Source of the DNA: Octopus sinensis
Taxonomy: Eukaryota
Reading direction: 5' to 3'
DNA: 64,000 nucleotides
NCBI RefSeq assembly: GCF_006345805.1
Contig: NC_043006.1
Span: 37,944,001 to 38,008,000, forward strand
A program made the position numbers and the translations under genes. Of this stretch, positions 53,286-64,000 are shown in pieces. Each line of letters starts with the position of its first letter. Position 1 is the stretch's first letter. Under the pieces are notes generated by a model, which was given only the letters and a program-made list of their open reading frames with translations, had not been told where the DNA came from and made no database searches.

Positions 53286-53608
53286 TTGGGGGTGTAACAG
53301 GTACACATACATGCATACAGTCGGATAAATATATGTCTGTGGTGTACACGAAGAGAAGTCAAAATATACAGATAAACAAATGCAGAGATATACACAAATG
53401 ATGCACATATACATATGTAATTACAGATATTACAATGAAACCTAGTTGGTGTATAAATTCCAGTAAAAGAGCCTAGCTTCTGGATTACAAATTGGCTTTT
53501 TCTGCATCGGTAAGAAATTTTAAAAAATAAACCAAAAGAATACACACAGATATGTACAGAGGAATGAGTAATATATATATATATATAAAACCATTCATTT
53601 TATTATCC

Positions 53609-53676
<68 letters not shown>

Positions 53677-55147
53677 TAAATACATACATATACATTGTAT
53701 GTATGCACATTTTTCTGAGTTTTACTCAAAGAAAGGTACACATACAGAGAAAAATATATACACACACACACACATATATATGCACATACTTACTGACCTC
53801 ATATATAAAGAAATGATTCTATGCATTTTCATTCGCTAACCTTTTGGTTAACATTACACTAAATATTTCTCTGCATTCTGTAATGAAACCAACTGGGAGG
53901 AGATATCAAACACAGCTCTTGCTGTGTTTTGTCTGTGTATGTATGTAATATATTCTAGGCATTAACATATACCAAACACAAACACAGGCAAAAAAGATAA
54001 GCAAATCTCAAATATTTAATCTCTAAACATTTCTATTCTCTGATGCGAATGGATATTATAATCATGTCTATTTACTAAATGATTCTTTCATTACTTCCTC
54101 GGCAGGTACATTCAAGGCTATGCTTTCCTGATTGGTGATTAAACAATTCTGAGACGCCATCCGCACCACAGAAAAAACACAATAGGTAAGTAAGTGTAAA
54201 CATATGTTAAGGAATAAATAATTCCAATGCCATATGCTTGGGAAATGGTAAGCGGGCTAATGTTAAAGTATTTAATACAGGAAGCATTGTGGTGAGTGAA
54301 TAAAAAATCAGAATTGCAGTGAGTGAAAAAACAATGTGGCTGTGAGGTAAGATGCTTGTTTGGCAATCACATGGTTTCAGATTAAGTCCCACTGTGTGGT
54401 ACCTTGGGAAAGTGTTCTTACTATAGCCTTGAGCTAACCAAAGCCTTGCGAGTGGATTTTGTAGACAGAAATTGAATGAAGCTTCAAGAATATATTTAAA
54501 TCTATGTGCATATGTTTTGTGTCTGTGACCCCAATCACTGCTTGACAATTGATGTTGGTGTGTTTACATCCCTGTAACTTAGCAGTTTGGTAAAAGAGAC
54601 TGATAGAATAAGTACTAGGCTTAAAAAATTTTTTTAATCAGTACTGGGGTCAATTTATTCACCTAAAATTCTTCAAGGTGGCACTCCATATCATACTGGG
54701 AATCTCAGTTGACCATTAGCCTCTGCAGATCCTTAATTTTATGTTGTGTATCACTGTCAACAACAACAGTGTAGTTGAGTAGTTCCCATCCTGCAGTATA
54801 GCATGGATGTCACCAAAATAAGATGTATTTGAAAAGGTGGAAAGAGAGTTCTGGATTTGAAAATGTGGGGAAAATAAAAACCACAATCAAAAAAAAAAAA
54901 TTCATATTTACCATTCTATAAAAGAACTGTTTGGTGTAGGAAACTACTGATTCATGAACTCCATTCTGGAAAGTTCTTCCCAAAATACCACACAAAAAGG
55001 GAAGAAAAGCAAAACTAAGTAAAAAGAAAGAAGAAATTCACTCACCTAAAAAAGAAAAGAAAAGAAACATTTTAGAATGTCATTAATGCATGTATCTGTG
55101 TCATATATATGTTTATGGGAGTTTATAAATGCATACATACATTATAT

Positions 55148-55186
<39 letters not shown>

Positions 55187-55188
<2 letters not shown>

Positions 55189-55380
55189 GTTGGAATTTAC
55201 AGAAAAACAAGACAAAAATGAAGACGGGTGTGTAAACAACAAACAGATGTATTAGTTTAATGTTAGGAAAGGTGAGAAAGTCTTTTACGTTTCGAGCCTA
55301 TGCTCTTCAACAGAAAGGAACACAGAAATAAGCAGAGAGAGAAAATAAAAAAGGTTTAGTGGCTAAGTACCATTCATGTG
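55187..55380 (-). mobile_element. HHR-bearing PLE-type repeat (CTGTTGA core variant)
   Basis: Minus strand: cttt CTGTTGA agagc atag gctc GAAAC GTA aaag at 55281-55318. Abuts (TA)n. Partial copy without the motif at about 17870-17970. Confidence 0.65.
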
Positions 55381-56097
55381 TGGGCCCTTTGCCAGTGCTA
55401 CCTGACTGGCTTCCCGTGCTGGTGGCATGTAAAAAGCGCCATCCGAATGTGGTCGATGCCAGCCACCCCCACCCCAACTGCCTCCTGTGTCGGTAGCATG
55501 TAAAAAGCACCATCCAAACGTGGCCGATGCCAGTGCCGCCTGACTGGCTCCTGTGCCGGTGGCACATAAAAAGCACCCACTACACTCTTGGAGTGGTTGG
55601 CATTAGGAAGAGCATCCAGCTGTAGAAACCTTGCTATATCAGATCGGAGCCTGGTGCAGCCTCTTGGCTTGCCAGTCCCCAGTCAAACCGTCCAACCCAT
55701 GCCAGCATGGAAAATGGACGATAAACAATGATGATGATGGTGATGATGATATATATATATATATATATATAAATATATACATATATATACACACACACAC
55801 ACATACACATGGCATAGTTAATCTCAATGGAATTTGAACTCAAACATTGTAGTGGTGGTGGTAGCAATAGTGGTTGTAGTAGTAGTAGTGGAGTGATGGT
55901 CATGGTGGTGGTATAGTAGTTGTAATAGTGGTGGTGGTAATAATACTACTAGCAAGTGAAAACTTTAAACAAATTGTTCTATTGATTCATCTTTTGTTTT
56001 ATTTATTAATATATTACTTTATTTATCAATTCATTTTTGCTTTTGTTTGATTTCACTTTTGGTTTCTTTCCATTGTATTTTGGTTATTGTGATACAG

Positions 56098-56151
56098 GAA
56101 TCAGATACTTGATTCCAACATTGTTGATCATAGCTTTAATTGATCCTCAGG
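56098..56151 (+). other. Candidate 54-nt phase-1 host exon (xIRYLIPTLLIIALIDPQx)
   Basis: Long T-rich tract, then acag| acceptor and agg|gtaaat donor. Only one frame is open and the flanks are repeat-free. No homology recognised. Confidence 0.3.
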
Positions 56152-58269
56152 GTAAATATCTGTTATCAGAAATGTCAAGCATGTTTTGGTTTCCCAGTCG
56201 CATTTTTGAAAATATCGATTCAGACAGAGAGTCAGAATGAAAGACTGAAAGACAAAGAGACAGCAGGACGGCTGCTATTACTTTTCAATGCACGACTTTA
56301 GTTCAAACCGAACATGATTATGAATCAACTGCTAGGATTTCTTCAATGCTAATCTGGTTTGACATTATAAACTCCAACTTGAGACAAGAAGAGAGCAACA
56401 CGTACACCTATGTAATTTGAACTACATACCTTTCACTTGTCAGGCAAACATGTCACCAATTATCTGACAGGGCGCCTGCCATTCTATCTCCTCCAATTAC
56501 ATACTAGAATTTTCTTCTGCGGGGTTTTCACTGAATTGTTTAATCTCCTATCGGTCACTTAGTGCTAGACTAACATGTTATTCTAGAAATGTCCGACATA
56601 ACAAGGTATCCCATTTTGGTTCCGTAGTTGCACTAAGAAATACACCAAGAACCAATTACAAACTAACTGCCAAAATTCTTTGTTCTAACACTGGCGCACT
56701 CTGTTGGTCATGAGGATGAGGATTCCAGTTGATTCGGTCACTGGAACAGCCTGCTTGTGAAATTAATGTATAAGTGGCAGAGCACTCTACAAACACATGT
56801 ACCCTAAACGTAGCTCTCAGGGAGGTTCAGCATGACACAGAATGTGGTAAAGCTGACCCTTTTAATTACAGGTACAACTCATTTTTGCCAGGTGATTAGA
56901 CTGGAGCAACAAGAAATAAAGTGTCTTGCTCAAGAACACAATGTACTGCTGGACATCAATCTTGTGACCTTATGATTGTCAGCCAAATATCCTAACTACT
57001 TGGTCACATACCTTCACAAAATTCTTAATTTACCTCATGTAAGACAGCATTTGTAAGCATTATTTTGAGATACAAAATTGTACATTTAGTCTAGTACTTT
57101 ACTACTGATATCATTCACCTTTCCTAATTCTCATGCATATTTGTAGTGGTTGCCACATACATAAAGGTTTCCATTGACCCACTACACCAGCAAATAACTG
57201 CAACTAATCAAGCTTGAAAACATGTTAGATAAAATCAACTCTGATCAGATTTCTCTTTTGTTAAGGTTATTTCTACACAAATGCAGGCTATGATTAATAG
57301 AGCACTGCTAACACAGCAGGATGTGGTGTTGCCTCATAAAATCATTTAATATACTTTATAGTATATTACGGTTGCATAATGAAATTCCACGTGCCTCCAA
57401 GTCTTTCATATTTTTTCTTTTCCCTCTGTCTTTACGTTCTGAGTTAAAATTCTGCCGGGGTCAACTTTGCCTTTCATCCTTTCGAGGGCGATAAATTAAG
57501 TACCAGTTGCATAGTGGGTTCGATCTAATCGACTGGTCCCGTCCCCAAAAATTTAGGGCCTTGTGCCTAGAGTAGAAAAGAATATTTTCCCCTTTTATTT
57601 TTTACTTGTTTCAATCAGTAGACTGTGGCCATTCTGGGGCACCACCTTGAAGAATTTTAGTTGAACAAATCAACCCCAGTAACTATTTTTTTTAAAGCCT
57701 GGTACTTATTCTATCATTGTCTTTCGCTGAACCACTAAGTTAGAAGGATGTAAACACACTAACACCAGTTATCAAGCCTACCAGATCCACTCACAAGGTT
57801 TTGGTTGGCCCAAGGTTAGAGTAGAAGGTGCTACACTCTGGGACTGAACCCAGAAGCTTTTGGTTGGGAAGCAAACTGTTTACCACACAGCGATGTCTGT
57901 GTCTATGTGTAAATATTATACACATCAACATATTATGAATAAGTCCTGAGGTTGATTCATTTGACTAAAATTTCAAGGTGGTGCTCCAGCATGGTCACAG
58001 TCTAATGACTGAAACAATCAAAGGATAAAGTTTAAAAGATTCTGCCATGGTTGACTTTACCCTTCATCCCTTCAGGGTCAGTAAAATAAGAATCTGTTGA
58101 GAACAGGGGTTACTGCAATCAACTTGCCATTTCCAGCAAATTTCGGGAAGAAAGGCAAAGTTCACCTTGGCGGCATTTGAACTCAGGATGTAGGATTGGA
58201 AGAAACACCGGTAAGCAATTTATCCAATGCAGTAAGGATTCTGCCAGCTTGCCAATGATAATAATAATA

Positions 58270-58576
58270 ACAAACAATGGAAGATCATACTTTGCAATGC
58301 CAAACAATAGTAGAGTGGATATCAAAGTAATTGAGAAATATCAGAACGTAGCTTAAGAGCTAAAGAGATTATGGTAATTGATGCAGTTGGCAAAAGATCC
58401 AAACTTCAGAGGCTGAAGGATATTAAAATTGAAACACATATTGCAGAGATGCAGAAAAGAGCCATTCTATATTTTACGAGAACCCTGAGTTAGATCCTTG
58501 AAATTTGAAGAGACCTTTTGTCACCAAACTTGATGATAAATTCCTTGCTTATTAAATAAGAATGTAGTAGCTTTTA

Positions 58577-58620
<44 letters not shown>
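58270..58620 (+). mobile_element. R4/Dong-like RLE retrotransposon 3' end in (TAA)n
   Basis: FAMPNNSRVDIKVIEKYQNVA*ELKRLW...AEMQKRAILYFTRTL..IL, then a short UTR and long (TAA)n. TAA repeats also lie 5' of the fragment. Confidence 0.7.
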
Positions 58621-58622
<2 letters not shown>

Positions 58623-58892
58623 TAAACATATAATAATAATATATACATATATATATAAGTTAAATTGTAGACAAGACTATGATGTGGAGATCTGGTGAAT
58701 TAGCTTGCTTTGTTTGCATCCATTAATGAATATGCAATCGTAGTGAATAACACAATGCGTATACATTGGTGCAAACATTTACATATAATTTTTGCACACT
58801 GAAATTAATAATGTTATTAAATGGCTGTATTTGTATGGAAGAAATACTGAAAAATACATCTATCTTCACCTCTCATACATCCTGATGCTATA

Positions 58893-59260
58893 TAGGGTGC
58901 GATGGGTAAATTGATGCCAATTTATATTTTTATTTCGTGCATGTGCATTGTTTGTTTTTGATTTTAACAACTATACAGTATAATAGGGTCAGTTGGGCAC
59001 TGTCTGTGAGAAAAATAGCACCCTGGGGCAATTCACTCTGCCGGAAATTAAACAAGTAGACCGTCCAGAAGAGTTGCAGGAGATTCCAAAGTCAACTGGA
59101 GGCCCTGATTGAAGCTAATGGCATCTCTATTGGGTAAATTTATTCTTTAGTATTTCAAGATATTTTTAAGTAATTTTGGTAAATATATCTGTTAAAATGA
59201 GATGTGAGTTTTATTTTCCTTTTTGCATAATTTAGGTGACAATATATTCATCGCACACTG
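58893..59260 (+). mobile_element. Tc1/mariner (maT-like) MITE
   Basis: TIRs tagggtgcgatgggtaaattg / caatatattcatcgcacactg with TA flanks. Internal CRRFQSQLEALIEANG is a transposase C-terminus. Confidence 0.75.
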
Positions 59261-59292
59261 TATACATATGATATATATATATATGTATATAC

Positions 59293-59345
<53 letters not shown>

Positions 59346-61017
59346 ACATTATATACATATATTTTATATATATATTAGAGTTTTCCTATATTTATATATA
59401 TATATCATATGTATATTACATGCATATATTATATATACCATGGGTATATAATACACAAGCTGTCTCTTGCCTGTGAGGAGTTTGAGAAACATTTCCATCT
59501 TATCTCCTGCACACAGTACACATTCACTTGTCTCTACTCAAACAGCTTCACAATCTCCCCAGAACTATCTTCTATCATGCCTACATTTATAGCTACTGCT
59601 CTAAGCTTTTGGAACCTATAGGAAGAAGGAGCGTGCCTTCAGTGGTAAAACTGCTTGGTGTTTTTGGTTCATTACTATTTTATGGCATCTGTACGTAGAT
59701 ATGTATTTATGTATGAAGAATAAAATAATTAGAAAACAATAAATTTGAGAAGGCATCACCAATTGTCTCTGATCTTTCTAAATGACATTTTGAATATAGC
59801 CAAGAATTCAATTTGGCATTTTATTTCTGACAATCAACTTTCAATGTCATCAATTGTATTGTCTCATCTATTTATTTACCATTTTTATTTTCTTTGAATT
59901 TTATATATATCTACCTTTCTCCTTGAATTTCCTTCCACCCCACTCGCTTTCTATTTATATCTTCTGTACCTTAAGTATCTTCCTTTCGCTTTGTTGCTCT
60001 TTGTGTTCATGAAGTTGTCTATTTTTCTTTCTCTTGTTCTGACTCTCTGTCAGTCTATCCATGAACAATGCAACTGTGTATCTACCCATCTCTTTCTAAC
60101 TAAGCATCTGAATATTTGCCCTACTCTAACTATCTGTTTATCAACCTACATATTTACATGCCTATCCACTTCTCTTTCTACGTGTGTGTGTGTGTGTGCA
60201 TACAGACACAGACATACATATTCTTGTTATCTTTATCTACCTGTCTACCAGTATGTCTACCAATTTATCTAACTGTCTAACTATGTTCCCCAGGTAGTCA
60301 GACTTGTCTATGCATTTCCTGTCTACTTCACAAACACTTTTACAATTCTCTATGTATGTATTTAGCTAGCTATCAATACACACACACACACACACATATG
60401 TATGTATGTATGTATGTATCTATCTATATACATACACACATTTATATGCAGACACATAAAAACACAGATGTGTGCATTTATGTAGGTGTGTATGTGCACA
60501 TGTGCATCTGTTTCTTCTTGCAGTCTATCCATTTATTTCTCAAACCCTCCTCTTGTTCTTTCTGTCTGTCTGTCTGTCTCTCTTTCTCTCTCCCTCTCTC
60601 TCTTTCTCTCTCTCTCTGTATCTCGGTCCCTCTCTATGCATTCATTTTCTATCACTATTCTTTCTACAAATATAGCTTTCTGATTCGTTTATTTTTTTTT
60701 TCCGACACACATAATTGTTATCTGTCTTTTAGTTGTCACTGTCTCTTTATCTGTCTTCATTTTGAAACTCTTTCTCCACTCTGTGTGTGTGTGTGGGTGG
60801 GTGCACACGCGTGTATGTGAGTATAGGTGCATGCATATTTCTATCACTCTCTCTCTCCCTCTTTCTGTATGTATGTAGGTATCTATTCATCTTATTCTCA
60901 ATTTTCCTGCTCCTATTGTCCTTCTTCTCTCTGTCTCTAAGTGTATACATATATATATATATAAAATATATATATCAAATATATATATATAAAATATATA
61001 TATTATATATATATATA

Positions 61018-62016
61018 AATCCTTAAAAATGTTTTAGCTCGAAGGCCGCGGCCATGCTGGGGCACCACCTCTGACTGAGCTACACTAATTTGTGAATCCA
61101 CCTCTGATACGTGGCACTTGATCAACAAGGGAGTTCGATGCTGCTGCCCGCATCCGCGTCTCCTGTCGTGAGGTAGGTTCATCTGGGACTCCCAACAAGA
61201 AGAGATCCAGTTTAGTTTTAAAGAAACCCACATCCATACCATGTAAGTCTCTCAGGCATTTAGGGAGGATGTTAAAGAGCTGTGGTCCTATGAAACCCAA
61301 GCTGTTGCAGTATCTGGACCTGTATTTTGTTGGTGATGTTGGAATCCTTGGCACCATGCAGTGGCGCCCCGTTCTGCGGTTGGAGTAACTTTGAATGCCA
61401 AAGTTTGGGACAAGACCCTCCAGGATTTTCCAGATGTATATCACCGCATATCTCTCCCGCCTCCACTCTAGGGAGAAGAGGTTTAATACCTTCAGTCTTT
61501 CCCAGTAGCTGATATTTTGCATTGAGACGATTTTCTTTGTGTAGCTTCTCTGACTTGCTTCGAGTTCTGCTGTTAGTTTTATATTGTGTGGTGACCACAG
61601 TTGGGAGCAGTAGTCCAAGCGGCTGAGGACGAATGTTTTCCATAGGACCATCAGTGTCTCCCTCTCTCTTGTTCTGAAAGTTCGGAGAATCCATCCAGCC
61701 AGCCGTCTGCATTTTATCACCAGATTAGCAATATGCACTTGGAAAGATGCATCATTGCTCATGTCAATGCCCAGGTCATGCACTGATTTTGACTCAGGGA
61801 TTGCAATTCTTCCTGGGCCAGTGTATCCAGTCTGCATGTCGTTTACCTTTGTGTACCAGTAGCGCAGGGCCTGGAACTTACCTGCATTAAACTGCATGTT
61901 GTTGTCCTCAGCCCACCTGTATATTGTGTCCAGCTCATGTTGCAGATGCGCAATATTTTCAGGGTTTTGTATTGCGTGGGAGACTTTTGTGTCATCTGCA
62001 TAGCTAGCAAGGGTGC
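61018..62016 (-). mobile_element. CR1-group LINE, 5'-truncated, open from YADD to the stop
   Basis: LASYADDTKV at about 61982-62011 leads into MQFNAGKF..DLGI..LSRLDYCSQLWSP..SYWERLK..RRER..GPQLFNILP..FKTKLD (track ORF 61085-61897). Both ends are in (TA)n. Confidence 0.92.
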
Positions 62017-62101
62017 TATATATATATTATATAAATATATATATTTAATATATATATTATATAAATATATATATTATATATATATATACATATATAATTA
62101 T

Positions 62102-62132
<31 letters not shown>

Positions 62133-63263
62133 CATATATTATAAATATATACATATATATATTATATATATACATATATTATAAATATATACATATATAT
62201 AGATATATTATATATATATACATATATATATTATATACATATATATATATTATATATATATATATATACATATATATATTATATATATATATATACATAT
62301 ATAATTATTATATATATATATATACACATATAATATATTATATATACGTATATGATATATTATATATATATATAAGCATATTATATACATGTAATATAGT
62401 GTGTGCATGTGTGTACCTTTCTCAACTGTTTCTCTGTCACACACCCACACACATACACCCACAATCACCCATCACCATCATCAGCACCAACACCATGTGT
62501 CTGGCTATTATCTTTTACTGAAGAATATTTGACTCTTAATTCACTAATTTGTTGGAATTGCAAAGGAAGAAAAGAGCAAAAGTCTGTTGTTTTCCTTTTG
62601 TTTTTCCCCGCAAAATAACCAAATGCAAATTGATGGATTTTCCATTCTCACAAAAAAAATACTTGTCGTTACCAAAACCATCAGCATCATCACCATCATT
62701 GGATGTCTTAGCCAACCTCACATTGTCATAGCTATATTCGTCATCATCATTGTCATCAATGCCATTATCATCATAGATATCATGAATATGAAACCATTAT
62801 GATGATGTCTTTGATCATAGGTCTTTGATCAGGACTAAACTGGGGCTAAGCAACAACACTAACAACAATAACAACAACAAGAATAAATGTAAATGTGGCA
62901 ACAACAACCTGACAGCAATAATAATAGTATTTTCTTTTATGTTAAATATAATTCGCCATAAAAGAAATTATTATTCTTTTTGTAAATGATTTAATAGGCA
63001 GAGGTATGACGTCAGGAAAAATAACACTACTTGAGGGAAGTTGCTCGGCATTTTACATGAAACAGCTGTGAATTTGACAAACACCTGAAAGTACGCCTTC
63101 TTAGAAAATATTCTGTCTTCACTTTAGTTTCAGTCTTCAAGGCATATGATGATAAATATATTTGTAAGTTTCTAGCATGAAGCCCTTGGGGGAGATGAAC
63201 TAAATGATAGAACTGCTTATCATATTTATACAAAATTTCTTGCCCAACAATTCTCTTGTTGAA

Positions 63264-63604
63264 CATTGCCCATAAACTCACAACAGACAAACTGTAGACA
63301 AAGACCCTTCTCTGAGGACCAGCCCGATAGTTAGCCTGTAGTGAAGGTCCTTTGTCAACAGTTCATCTGTTATGAGTTTATTGGCAATGCCCTACATAGC
63401 TCCGTAGGGCATTGCCCATGAACTCACAACAGACAAACTGTAGACAAGGACCTTTCTCTGAGGACCAGCCCGATAGTTAGGCTGTAGTGAAGGTCCTTTG
63501 TCTACAGTTCATCTGTTATGAGTTTATTGGCAATGCCCTACATAGCTCTGTAGGGCATTGCCCATGAGCTCACAACAGACAAACAGTAGACAAGGACCTT
63601 CACT
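63264..63604. repeat. 2.3 tandem copies of a 146-bp self-complementary unit
   Basis: Units start cattgccca at 63264, 63410 and 63556. Each unit is arm + loop + reverse-complement arm + gccctac-atagctc-(c/t)gtagggc hairpin. Confidence 0.9.
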
Positions 63605-64000
63605 TTTTTCTTTGCTTCTTTCTTCTTCTTTTAACCAGTTTCAAATAAGCAAAACTTAATGATGTCTATTCACTAGTCTCCTTCCCCAAAATTGCAGGTC
63701 TTGTGCCTAAAGGAGAAAGGATTATTATTATTATTATCATTATTGTATTTACGTTGTGCTGGTTCCATGCAAAAAACACCAAGCACACTTTGTAAAGTGT
63801 TAAGAAGGGTATCCAGCTCTGGTCCTCTCAGTTGGCAAAAATGAGTAACCCTGCAACGGACCAGTGGGAAATTTACATGCTATGGAAACCGGTGAAACTG
63901 GGCCTTATGAGTTGACACAACTCGAGAAGGTAAACTCTGCCTATTTATAAAAACATAAAGTTACAGAGGCAACTAAGACAATACAAAATGAACAAGTCCT

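Overview
AT-rich eukaryotic DNA packed with microsatellites ((TA)n, (CA)n, (TAGA)n, (CAT)n, (CAC)n). It is intronic or intergenic and mostly transposable-element debris. The repeat composition suggests an octopus-like cephalopod, which is an inference. I can support no intact host protein-coding gene, and almost all ORFs in the track are microsatellite artefacts. Recognisable content: several tRNA-headed or tail-sharing SINE families (labelled A-E here as working names); LINE remnants of CR1-like, RTE-like, Tx1/L1-like and R4/Dong-like type; two Penelope-like (PLE) GIY-YIG remnants; a dead mariner transposase; Tc1/mariner, hAT and piggyBac-like MITEs; and a non-autonomous Helitron. The most notable signal is a family of minimal hammerhead ribozyme (HHR) repeats. 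It includes a tRNA-headed, HHR-carrying element seen twice (11190-11522 and 39565-40105) with the same architecture: an inverted full copy plus a forward 3' end, flanked by 13-bp target duplications. This makes it a candidate Penelope-mobilised Pol III SINE/retrozyme. Other signals are fold-back hairpins sitting in (TA)n tracts, a 146-bp self-complementary tandem unit, repeated MITE insertion into the same SINE TTAA, shared SINE-LINE tails, and a candidate recursive splice site. SINE and fragment boundaries were read by eye and are approximate.
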